Program-made: the position numbers and the translations under genes
Source of the DNA: Lingula anatina
Lineage: Eukaryota > Animalia > Brachiopoda
Assembly (NCBI GenBank): GCA_051362555.1
Contig: CM120641.1
Location: 5,828,001-5,892,000 of the forward strand
Direction: 5' to 3'
DNA: 64,000 nt
Notes under the pieces: model-generated
What the model saw: only the letters and a program-made list of their open reading frames with translations
What the model was told of the DNA's origin: nothing
The model's database searches: none
Shown: in pieces, positions 1 to 11,454 of the stretch
How the letters are laid out: each line of letters starts with the position of its first letter
Position numbering within the stretch: the stretch's first letter is position 1

Positions 1-1620
1 TCTCAACCTTATTATCTGCGTCTCACCTTACCTGGCAATGTTGTAGAGGATGGTCGGGAAACTGCTCAGTATGAGGCTGAATCTAGCTCCTTCACCATCA
101 GGATTCCAAAAGAAGTCCCAGGCCAGTGGTTTGAGGGTCTGGATATGTTAACCAAGCTTCTTGCACCAAAGGGAGAAAGCAGTGCTAGTCTCCCAGCCAT
201 GGAAGTTTTGGGAGAAGACATATCAGCTTCTGGTGATGATACATTGGATGATGCGACCATGTTTGAAGATTTTGACTGGCAGTATCCCCAAAAACCTTTT
301 GTTGAAGGAGGTGTTTGCCTAAATGGGCCAACATATGGATTTGCAAATAGGAGACAAGGTATATTCAAGAGACTTCAGGAGGAAATGCTGGTTATTGTTG
401 ATCTGAGAGATCCTGATTCTGTCCCAGTGAATGAAAGATCAAAATTGATGACTTCTTCAGAGAAAGCACATTTTGATGAGAATCACTATCTTTTTGATTT
501 ATTTCAAAATGATGATCAGCTGACACCCATTTTATCATACCGGCCTGTCTGGTACAAAGATGAATCAGAGCTCCCTGTGGAGTTCACTGAAGAAGAAAAA
601 GAGAGAATGAAGCAGCTTCCAAGGAAGCAATATTTGTTAGACAAAACTGAACTTGTGCAAGTTCTTTTGGCCCTAATAGATATTATCTATGCATTTGCTT
701 ATAATCATAGAACAACAGAAGGAGAAAGCACAGTGGAGTCAGCCTGGACCATCAGAAAAATCAGTAGTACCTTGTCTTGGTTGGGAGTGCACCAAAGTAT
801 TCAAAACACTGTGTTGACAAGTTTTAGAAGAAGTTTGTGTTTTCCACTGTTTAGAAACTGGGATCTAAGCCGTAAAGTCCTAAAGGACACACTGATGATA
901 TTCAAGAGTGGCAGAAATAGGATACTAAAATGCCTTCTGGAAATTCACAAAATTTTTGCTAATAGTGACTTGTGTTACATTTTAAATGATTTGTACATCA
1001 CTGACTATTGTGTTTGGGTACAATCTGTAAGTGAAAAACAAATAGCTTCTGTATTTCATTCTTTAAAGGAAATCAAGGTGAACAAGAGTGACGTTGACTT
1101 GGATTTGGTAGAGCTTGAGCAGGCTGCCAAAATGGTCCAAGAAGAAGAAGAGGAGGAGGAAAGTGATGGTTTGGCCCAGGGGCTGGCACAGGTGTCTTTA
1201 AATGCCAGTTCATCTGGCAGGTTATCCAGTCCTGAGAATGACCAAGAAAGCTCTAGTTTAGAGGAGTCGGATACCACTGAGATAGGCAGTGATGAAAGTG
1301 AAAGTGAAAGTGTCAGCAGTGCAGTAGTAAGCAATGATGAATCAGACTCTGTAAATATTAACTCACATGCCTCTAAAAAAGCCATGCTTTCTGTAAAACT
1401 TCCTGAAAATATGGCAGTTTTCACTCCAATGAGTATTGGAACCAATCCTTGCAGCAAGCAAGACCAATCTGAGGTGTCTGGTACAGGACACAGTTCAAAG
1501 TCTGTACTTGAGGTTTTAACCAGCATCTGTCCAGCTGGATCAAGTAGTGAAGATGAAGTTTATGTTGGTGTTGTTCAGGAAAGTGAACCAAAGAGAACAC
1601 CACTTATTGAAGAGATTTAA
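1..1620 (+). CDS. SHQ1: SHQ1 homolog, H/ACA snoRNP assembly factor; 5' end lies before the window
   Basis: Frame is open from base 1: SQPYYLRLTLPGNVVEDGRETAQYEAESSSFTIRIPKEVPGQWFEGLDMLTKLL (CS domain). SHQ1 motifs follow (YGFAN, FDENHYL, TEGESTVESAWTIRKISSTLSW, RRSLCFPLFRNW, LNDLYITDYCVW), then an acidic tail and PLIEEI*. No intron within the window. Confidence 0.93.
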   Translation, partial: SQPYYLRLTLPGNVVEDGRETAQYEAESSSFTIRIPKEVPGQWFEGLDMLTKLLAPKGESSASLPAMEVLGEDISASGDDTLDDATMFEDFDWQYPQKPFVEGGVCLNGPTYGFANRRQGIFKRLQEEMLVIVDLRDPDSVPVNERSKLMTSSEKAHFDENHYLFDLFQNDDQLTPILSYRPVWYKDESELPVEFTEEEKERMKQLPRKQYLLDKTELVQVLLALIDIIYAFAYNHRTTEGESTVESAWTIRKISSTLSWLGVHQSIQNTVLTSFRRSLCFPLFRNWDLSRKVLKDTLMIFKSGRNRILKCLLEIHKIFANSDLCYILNDLYITDYCVWVQSVSEKQIASVFHSLKEIKVNKSDVDLDLVELEQAAKMVQEEEEEEESDGLAQGLAQVSLNASSSGRLSSPENDQESSSLEESDTTEIGSDESESESVSSAVVSNDESDSVNINSHASKKAMLSVKLPENMAVFTPMSIGTNPCSKQDQSEVSGTGHSSKSVLEVLTSICPAGSSSEDEVYVGVVQESEPKRTPLIEEI

Positions 1621-2189
1621 TTAGCAATAATATATTTATGCCTCATAGTGCTGAACTCTATTCATCTAGCTAATCCATTTAAATGATAGTAGAATCATGT
1701 GCTTACAAGTGGCATTTTGGTCTATCATGTAAAATGTTATTAAAACATGAACAGTGCATTGTTTGCAAACAATACATAAATAGCACATGTATACAAATAT
1801 GGTGTAAATTATGTGCCATATACAAAAAGTTATTTTAAAATTACATTCGTTTCTATGTGAAAACAATTCATTCAAATCCATAACATAGCTGTTTACATGG
1901 ATGTTTTGAGGGACACCTGCTGTGTATCTTGCTGAAGCATGTTAATTTTGTTACAAATAGTTAATTTCATATTAAAATGAGGATGATGTTTACATGCAAA
2001 TATGAGCTAAAATTGAAGGACTTCTGGACAAAATGTGTTATGCACTTAGGCGGGTAATATTGTGAAAGAATATAATTTCTCAGTGATACCTAATATGTAT
2101 AACGTGTTTGACATGTAAGATGTGTGTCTATTGTTGAAAAATGTCATAATGAAACCATCCTATTTGTGCTTTTCTGCTATTTGTTACTG

Positions 2190-4171
2190 TCAGTCAAATG
2201 TAAATTGTATGTCGCAGTCTTCCATTTCTCTTTTAAATGCTTTATCAAACTCTTCATTCTGTGCCACAGTGAAAGTGTTTTTCCAGTCGCCAACTTGACC
2301 TAAAAAGTGCAATTAACATCATGTATCATTTTCATGCACAAGCTTTTACAATATTGGTTGGGTTAACATATCGCCATTTATACATGTTCATAAATAACTA
2401 AATAAATAAAAATTCTATTGTACTGCTTCTTAATTCCAACGTGTTTTAGGCATGGTATTCAATGTGATAAAATTACCTTTTCTGAAAAAGCTTCCCTCCT
2501 TTGTTTTGAAGATTCCTGGTAGTTCTTTGAATTGAGCATTTTTCTTCATAGCTTCGAAAGTACATGCGTTAGCGATGTTAAGGTACATTTGTTCGTCGTG
2601 TGTTTTATTGATGAATTCTGCTATCCTCTTGATCTGCGCTGGTAGACACTGAAATGAATTAATGAAAAAGTTAAACAAAACTAAAAATTAACAAACGATA
2701 TCACTGCAGATCCAGGATAACCGAGGGAATAGGGGTAGGGGTTGGGGGGGGGGGGTCAAAATACCTGGCAGGTCAAGGATAACAGACTGAGAGGAGAGGG
2801 AAGGGTTCGATGTCACTTGCAGGCCCAGAATATCAAGATGGAGATGTCTCTGATGGGTGTTGCCCATCCCCAACGACACCTATTATTAAGGAAAACATTT
2901 TCCCACTGTTTAATGTGCTTATGGGCATTTGCAGCAATATAAAGCACTCCTCTCTTCACTTTTTCTTCCCTCTTGGGAAAGGGCGAGTAAAGTATGACAT
3001 TTTATTATAAAGGGAGTGTGCATGTTGTGGGAAGGGAGAGAGAGAGTTTGCTCCGCGCCTGAAACCTCTGAAGGCCCGCTAGGACAATTTTTTCTTACAT
3101 ATATACATATGCTTTACCTTTTTGAGTTCTTCGTAGTGTACATACATCATATGGTCATATTCTTGTCTCAGTTTCCACCAATCCTTCACATGCTTAAACC
3201 ATGGACCATAATCCACTGAAAATTTCATAGTTATAAGTACAATTATATATAAAGTGATAATGTATGCTTTGCTTCGTTGTAATCTTTCTATTTGATTTTA
3301 TACTACTGCTTTATTAACTTTTTTTTAATTCAAGAAATATATTTTACGATTGATTTCGGTTTGTATTAAGAAGCATAGTTCTCCAAGGTGAGAAGTTAAG
3401 AACATTTTATTAGTATAGCCAACGTACCCTCTCCTTTCAGAAAAACTTTGAAGAAATGATCCCAATCGCCGTCATACTTGTATTCCGCTATTCCAGAAAC
3501 GTGGTGAAACTGAGAGACGCACACGTCCTTAGGGTTTCGCATGATATATATGATTTTACAGTTCTTCTCAAATATGTCACGTGGCATAAGATCGTATGGC
3601 AGGTGCGTTAGAAGGATTCTCGGGGAGGGCATGTCTTCAATTTCTTTAATGGTTCTTAATTCAAAGAAATTATTGAGCTTGGACTTGTTAACACTGTGTG
3701 CGTTTCCCTGGTAAAGCATGTTGACAAATTCAAAGGACCAGTGGTGGCCTGAAAACATGAAAAATGTATGAAATTGAATATGATCTTTAACCTTTGAGTT
3801 ATGTTTTTACTATTTTATTGTTATTTATCAATAAATTTATACAGTGCAAGAAATAGAATAAATAGAAGAAAATCATATGTTTCTGGATAAATACAAAATC
3901 AGATGTATTCAATAGTATGAGACTTTCACGATTTCTTTCTTTTTTTTTTCAATGTAAAGCACAAGAAAGTAAAATAGGGGTTTTCTATTTACCCACCCGA
4001 TTTCGGAAAAGAAGCGATGTACAGGTCATCAGGGCGAGCTTTGAATTTTGTTTCGGCTTCGTCAAACCATTTCTTCCAACCATACCCTTCGGGCCATACT
4101 TCCATGGTAGGTAAAATATGGTTACGATAGCGCACTAGCCATATGCCATTTATATGTTCCCCTTCCGCCAT
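2190..4171 (-). CDS. Cytosolic sulfotransferase (SULT1-like), copy A, 5 coding exons
   Basis: Approximate exons 4171-3997, 3748-3428, 3216-3118, 2648-2477, 2299-2190. Motifs: [14 protein letters not shown]|[48 protein letters not shown]|QVGDWKNTFTVAQNEEFD. Confidence 0.92.
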
Positions 4172-5164
4172 GCTCAAACACTTCGACCAGCCGCTGCTAC
4201 GAAAAACAAGTGCTGAAAGGTAAAGGTATATTTAAATTTCCTGGTAATGTTGATTACTAATAAGACCCTTTTATTTTATTTATTTATTTATTATTTGTGG
4301 GCGCGAGCGTGTGTGCCTCGGGCTGACTCTCCGATTATCAACACGTTTTGATTAACAACATTGCATTTGTACTTTTATGTTATTGAATCTACTACTATAA
4401 GCAAGGGTTTAATTTGCACGTCAACTTTGTTCATCCTTACATTCAATTTCAATTCAGGTGAATTGATTTGACAGACACCCAGATCGTTATTGAAATTAAG
4501 CATCATTACTGAAGCTCCAGGGTTGCGTTTTAACGGCAGAGAAGAGTACTTGAGCTTAGAAAGTAAATACATTATATCACGAACAGGATGCAAAACCTTC
4601 ATTCACATTTTCTTTCCAGTTATACGACGAGGGAATAATATGAAAGATAATTTCTGTCCTTTATTCGTAAGCACGTCAAAACGTTTTGCAGCGTTTCTAA
4701 TTAAAGTCGAACTCATCCAGACCCTGGTTTTATTGATTGAAAAGAAATTATTTTGCACCGATGATCGAGATGACGGACAGAACATAAGGTCGGAGCTATT
4801 AAAGGTCGGTTATTGGAAAGAGATAACACATGTTAGTTACCGTACGTAATTTTATGTGCACTTGGGCGTCCGCTTGTGTGGATATGCACGCGTGTTATTG
4901 TATGAGCGGCATAAGTGTTCTATTCAAACATTTCGATTTGTTTTGAACGTTGCACCAAACTGGGTGTAGAGTACTAAGTGAAACAAAACAAGCAAATCTG
5001 TTTTGATTTATGCAGACAAAAGCCGGTGCAAAAAAGCCATTTTTACAAGTCAAGGTCATGTTCATTTTATCACGTCAGTAAAAGATGCATACAAATATAG
5101 AGAAGACATAAACGAAAGTACGCCTACTACTGATGTATACAACAACATATCTCAATAACTCTCG

Positions 5165-5306
5165 CTGCAACCAGTTAGACTGATACCACGGCAGATTGCA
5201 ACCAGTTAGACTGCATGCAACCAATAACGCTGATATATTGGCAGATTGCAACCAGTAACACTGATACCTTGGCAGATTGCAACCAGTGAATTGCAAATTG
5301 CAACCA
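5165..5306. repeat. Degenerate minisatellite, about 31-bp units
   Basis: Repeated GGCAGATTGCAACCAGT(T/A)A..CTGATA units. Confidence 0.7.
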
Positions 5307-5349
5307 GATACAGATTTTCACTAGGTTGTTATCTAGGGAGGCCGATATA

Positions 5350-5524
5350 GGCCGCATTTAGAACAGTGAACTAACTAGTCTGAGGGTCAAATATGGCGAC
5401 CCACTACAAAGCTTGCCGTCTAATCCGCTAATAGACACTGAATAGACACCCCGTGGGGGAGTATTCAAGTGGGTCGGCCATATTTGACCCTCGGACTGGT
5501 TAGTCCACTGTTCTTAATGAGGCC
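5350..5524. mobile_element. Hairpin MITE with GGCC termini (PIF/Harbinger-like)
   Basis: About 55-bp imperfect inverted arms: GGCCGCATTTAGAACAGTGAACTAACTAGTCTGAGGGTCAAATATGGCGACCCAC and GTGGGTCGGCCATATTTGACCCTCGGACTGGTTAGTCCACTGTTCTTAATGAGGCC. TSD unclear. Confidence 0.7.
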
Positions 5525-5856
5525 ATTCACATGCTCGTCGGTTCGTTTTTACGTTTTATTATGAAACCCTCCATACTGCAGAATAGCGTATAGATTTTTT
5601 CATCATAATGAATGTAACTCATTTGTCTTCAAAATATTAAAATTTATATTATTAAAGGGCATACACCTCATATGATAAGAACATCTTAACTCTGACAATG
5701 CTTATATTGCAGCATGCCACAACCTTTAAAACACAACAATACGATTCCCCTTGGTGTGAATTTGGTAACATACTACAGGAGCCAAACCGTAGATCCACGT
5801 GCTCCTTAATATTTTATATTCAGTAAAATAACAGATTACATGTCATCACTTACCTG

Positions 5857-6175
5857 ATGAAGTAAAGCCACTTGTACTGTCGCAATAAGGGTTTGGACAC
5901 AGCAGCTTGTAGCCTGTGCGTCACCGCAACACTGACATGTTCTCTCTCTTCTCTGAGAGATGGCCCGATTTCATTAAAGGCTTATGCACACTGCGCAATT
6001 TCATCAAGTCGTCTTGAATACAAATCTTATGCAAGTATAAATCTCAGTTCGAAGCTATCTGCCCGGAATGATTCCGGGTATCAAGGAGAGTAATCGACTT
6101 GAGACAAAGAGAAATATCGATCGATGGTCTTTGAATTCTATCCTGGAAACCTAGCTTGCGCAGTGCATGCGCTCA
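5857..6175 (-). promoter_or_regulatory. Putative promoter and non-coding first exon of sulfotransferase A
   Basis: Minus-strand donor CAG|GTAAGT near 5857, an NRF1-like TGCGCAGTGCATGCGC near 6157-6172, and an acceptor TTTACCTTTCAG near 4214 just upstream of the SULT A ATG. Linking these is inference. Confidence 0.4.
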
Positions 6176-7339
6176 TATATTTACTTTTCAGTCCAGATAA
6201 TCATATCTGCAGAAAACCAATATCATACAGGAAATTACCGTCCAATTTTCAAATTTAAAAGACGGTGGGTTTTTTTTCACATTGATATTTTTGACCTAGC
6301 AAACGTTTAGCTTTGAATTTTATTGCGACCGCTTACATCATATAGGACCACGGAAAAGTGTTCTTGTTTCCGAATTGTAAAATGCCTATTCATCAATGCT
6401 ACACATTTAGTTGATGCCAGCTGGGAGAGGTAAGTTGAAAGACATCCCTCGGTGTTCTCTCGTATTTTGTCTCGCCATCTGCAGTGATTTTAGTAAGCCA
6501 CACTGCCCCATTCACACATATATATGCTAGGTGATAGGTCCGCCTATATCTGGCGATTGTGCGTGTTTGTGTGGAGAGGGGTCATACAAAACTAAGAAGT
6601 TGAATGTCTCACTGCAGGTTAAATATAAGAAGTCTCAATTTGTTAAGCTGGCGTACTTAGATCCATTAATCCACGCAACAATTATCAATTTTTTTAATAC
6701 GGGAAATAAGTTTGAAGTTAATACACCGTTTGTGCTGAAAGGAAAATAACGTTAAACGTCGAATGCTTCATTTACCAAGAATGCAATAAGTGATTGAATG
6801 ATTAAGATTTCAATTTATTTCAAGAAATAGGCGATGAACGATGTGTTTGTGGTATTGACAATATTGCAGTTGTTGAGAAATCAGAATGTGCTAACTGATG
6901 TGTGCTGCTTGTCCAAAAAATCTAGCCTCATCAATATAGGCCTACTACCCAAATAACAAACCGGATTAGTTCTTTTACTATCACGATATTCTGTTCAGTA
7001 TTTTTTTTTCTATATCAAATGTCTATTTCACATTTAACTTTCTGACTGAACTGCCATTAATATCAACAGGCCCGCTGTTCATTTCAATGCAATACATTCT
7101 TAATATTTTCCTTCTTAAAGAATTTGCCTTCGCGAGCGAAGGAAGCTACTCCTGCAACAAAAATACTGAAAAATTGCAACTTAAGAACATATAAAGCACC
7201 TTTTTTAAAACTGCTTCCCCGCTAGTATGATTGTAAGTTGTTATTTTCTGCAGAACGCACGATATCCTTCCAGACTTGTATCTGGTGAGTGCACACAAAG
7301 ATCACCCGCCTTCATGCTCTCATACGGGTGACTGTATCG

Positions 7340-9508
7340 TCACTCATATTGGAATTTCAGTCCAGTATCTTTCAGTTCTTTTTCTATAACAGCGTCGAAT
7401 CTTTCATTTTGTGCAACAGTAAAGTAGTTCTTCCAGTCGCCAATTTTCCCTGCAAATAAATGCAAATATATAACCATATGATGTGTCAGATGAAAAACAA
7501 TCTTAGCCTCAACATTCGCCAAGGAAAGAAATAATAAAATGGTTTAGTTTGGCGGGCAAAGATGGAACAGAGATTTTAACACCTTTTATAGTAAATTTAA
7601 ATACGCTAACCCATCTTCCATCCGTCTAAAACGGACAGCATAAAATTTAAGAACGCCATTACAAACCCTTGCGAAAGAAAGTGCCATCTGTTGTTTTGAA
7701 TATCCCTGGAAGCTCCTTAGCTTTTGCGTTTTTCTTCATTACATCAAAGTTAGAGTTCTCCGCCATTTTACGATAAAGATCGTCGTCGTACGTTTTTCCT
7801 AGGAATTCTCCCACCCGTTTGATATTAGCAAATAGATCCTGAAATATATCATCATAGATCTACATCATGATAAGCAGACTGAATTTTGACTTTCCTATTG
7901 TGATTTTGGAACTTATATCTAATTGTTGCAACAAATTTTGTATAATTATTGATACATACATGCTTCATGTCCTCGTATTTCAGGAAAAGAACGTTTGGGT
8001 TATCTTTGCAGTGTGTCCACCAATCTTTTACATGACTGAGCCAAGGGCCGTTTTCAACTAAAAGATAGAAAAATAATATTTTGCATAACATTCACCCTGA
8101 GTTTGACGCTTTCCTGGTGACTCCAAGCATACCTGTAAAGATGATGTAGAACCCAAGCTGAACAGAGTGGAGTCACCCTTATTCCTAGGGGTGCATTCCC
8201 ATTAACGCCATGGGTCTACGTGGATCGACCCAACTCGATGGGGATTCTCGCTGAGTGCAATCGGCTAACAGATTAACACGCCTCCTCCTGGCGTTAAGAA
8301 GAATACAATAAAACTGGTGATTATACGAGTACTTTGGAAACAAAAGGCGGCATGTCATTCAAATAAGCTGATTGCACTTAGCGAGAGTTGGGTCGATCCA
8401 CGTAGACCGATGGTGTCTTTATGGGAATGGGGCCTTAGATAATAGAAACCCAGGTGAAGGAATATAAAGACGACAACGCAAATTGTTCAGATCATGGCAC
8501 TGAACTGCATAAATGTTAAGCAACATTTTATACCGCTTTCAAAAGACCAAGCCCAACGACGCATTGGCAACGCGAATTGAATCAAAATAGCGAAGATTCC
8601 ATGAATAAATCGCACTACTGCTGCAATTCATATGGATACTTTTTTCGTTAAACTGATAAGAAAAGCTTAGCTCTGCAAGCTTTCACTCATGTAAAAAGTG
8701 AACATATCATGCAGCCGTTGTTAAAGGATAAAGGAGAAAATTACAAGATATCATGTGAAAGTCTTATAGGCCTAATCATATTTATAATTAGCATTTATCT
8801 CCAGTTGTATTACTATTAAGCTACCTTCTCCTTTCAGAAAAAGCTCAAAGAAATGGTTCCAGTCCCCATCATATTTATACTCTGCTATCCCGCGAACGTG
8901 GTTGAAGTGAGACGCACACACGTCCTTTGGATTCCGCATGATGCAGATAATCTTGCATTTCTTGTTGAATACATCCTGTGGCATGGTATCATAGGGTAAA
9001 TGGGTCATGAGTATTCTCGGGGAGGACATTTCTTCGATTTCTCTTATCTCATGCATTTCAAAGAAGTTTTCTAGTTTTGATTTGTTCACGCTGTCTGCAT
9101 TGCCATTGTATATCATGTTGATGAACTCGAAAGACCAGTGATGACCTGTATAACGAAGAAGAGAAAAAAGAAAAAGAGAAAGAGAGAGGGGTATACAAAC
9201 AAATAATCCATATTGTAATAGCTATTATACGGTACATACCAAAGTGAAGGTTTAATTTTTGTAGGATATTATTGATTTCGAGACCCATCTTACCACGTCA
9301 CTTCTGCCTTTAAAAAATCCTGAATAACTGACTTACCAGATTTGGGGAAAGATGCAATATAAAGGTCGTCAGGTCTGGCAGTAAAGTTATTGTCCAACTC
9401 CTCAAACCATTTGTTCCAGTCATACCCCTTGGGCCATAGTTCCATGGTGGGCCACAGGTGGCCGCGACACCTGCACAGCAACATGCCGTTTATCATTTCA
9501 CCAGCCAT
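7340..9508 (-). CDS. Cytosolic sulfotransferase (SULT1-like), copy B, tandem paralog of copy A
   Basis: Same 5-exon layout, approximately 9508-9337, 9145-8825, 8057-7960, 7838-7667, 7449-7340. Motifs: [14 protein letters not shown]|[39 protein letters not shown]|[18 protein letters not shown]. Confidence 0.92.
8188..8435. mobile_element. MITE in SULT B intron
   Basis: Perfect 24-bp inverted repeat GGTCTACGTGGATCGACCCAACTC (8213-8236 and 8385-8408), with outer CATTCCCAT/ATGGGAATG arms and an inner CTCGCTGAGTGCAATC arm. Confidence 0.75.
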
Positions 9509-11454
9509 ATCCAACTTTTATCACAGTACTGGCGTCCCAGGTGTAACTGCGTGGTGTGCAATTGATACCAACTTGACCTAAAATGAACACACAGTTGTGG
9601 TAGTAGTACGTGCGTAGCTGGAGTCTGTTAGATCATGTGTAGTTGTGTGTCGACCGCTACATGTACCCAATACTCCATACAATCCCATAGTTATTCAAGA
9701 AACACAATTAGATTTCCGCTACAGATCCCAAATCTATTGACTCAGAGCATCGGCAAAGTGATTTGCATGATGCCATTATAATTGTTTCGTACTTTCGTAC
9801 TTTTTTGACTTCAAGGGCATTGACTGTAGGCCCTATTTACGCATATAGACCTGCCTAGTCTAACTTACTCAAAATAATTTGTTGCAACTGACTAAATAAA
9901 TGTACATTTAGAATACTAAGGAATGCGTCCAGTGAATCGTACATGTATCACCTGTAGTAGGCGATACTGTCGAATGTTGCATAATGTAACTAAATTGTAC
10001 TCTATACATGGACCAAGAATTCATAATTGTTCACGTCTATTGAGGCGGGAGGGGGCGATTGCCATGGCGGTGAAGTATCCAAGGCACCACACTCTGAACG
10101 TCTTGGCTTTGGCTACCAGTTTCAAAATTAAGTACACACAGCATCCTGAGTAAAAGAGGTCACTGCACCTCTTTAATATCAGCATGCCTCTGTCGTATCC
10201 AGCCAGGAGTGTAGGCCCTATTGCCGTTAACTGACATTCCATACTAAGGATGGCTGACAGTGACTTTCATCTAATTTCCATCATACGCTTCCCGTTTCTG
10301 TAACGGTTAATGGAAACCGGGATAACTTGCTGATTACATGAATACATGTATCTAGTGTGGGTCTACGAGTATTTGCCATCACGCTGAAGTATTACGGGCT
10401 GGTAAAACGACGGTTAAAATGCTCCATGTCTGAAATACGCATACTAGACGAACAAGGATGGGGGTTGGCGTAGGCCTAACTGTAAAACTGACATGCTTCA
10501 TACGGACACAGGCAAATAAGACTGAAGTTAAAACCACTCTTTTAACAGATATTGGTCCCTACACATGTAATGCTCACCTTGTTTACTGTTTTCATGCAGA
10601 CATTTCTAGGGCAAGCTTGGAACCCAATTTGCCTATGCAAAGTAGGCCTACTCACAGTTCAGGGACAGGAAACCTACTACATGTACGATAATGTAGGTGA
10701 CCCGAATTTGCAGCTGGTAATCTAAACATTTTATTTACTTTGGTAAATTTCTAAAGCTGACGTTGTTACGATACTCATAAATATGTTTACGATACTCATG
10801 AACAGGACATAAATGTGAGGCCAAGGCTTAGCGTAAAAGGCAAACTGCATGTGTCAAAAGACCATTATATTATTAGGCCTACATCATTGAATTAACGTTC
10901 TTGAAAATGCTTTAAGCTTGAGCTGAACAATGTAAATCTGGAAATTAGATCAACAATATTTTGGGTCCATAAATTATAATTGTGTCCGTTGTGTCAAAAA
11001 AAGCCATTGCAATAATTTCTTGTTCTCCTTATCATCGCTTAACATTCTTTCACTTTTTGACAGAGATTTTCCACGCTTCGCAAAGCTCGACTCTAACATG
11101 TGCTTTTCATGTTCATTACACTGACAAAATGCTTGTCAAGAACAAGAAAGGGCTAATAATAAGGTATTTTCTTATTCAAAAAGGGAGAAGCAATTATGTT
11201 AATTTGCATTATCCAATAGTCTGACATCTAGGCCTACTCCCGTAGATAATACACTTGACGACCTGCTACCTAGCTGTCATAATTCGTCTGCTGTTAAAAC
11301 TTTAAGCCAATCAGAATCTTTATACATGTGCTCTGCGTGGTTTGCGCTAGTGCTTCCGGTAACCTAAGCACACTTACCTAGCTTCTCGTCAAGGTGTAGG
11401 ATTAACACCTTTGTAACTTAACCCATAACAATGAGATGAAAGAAACAGTGAACA

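Noticed and set aside
66-1603. Minus-strand ORFs overlapping SHQ1
   Set aside because: Antisense shadows of the SHQ1 CDS.
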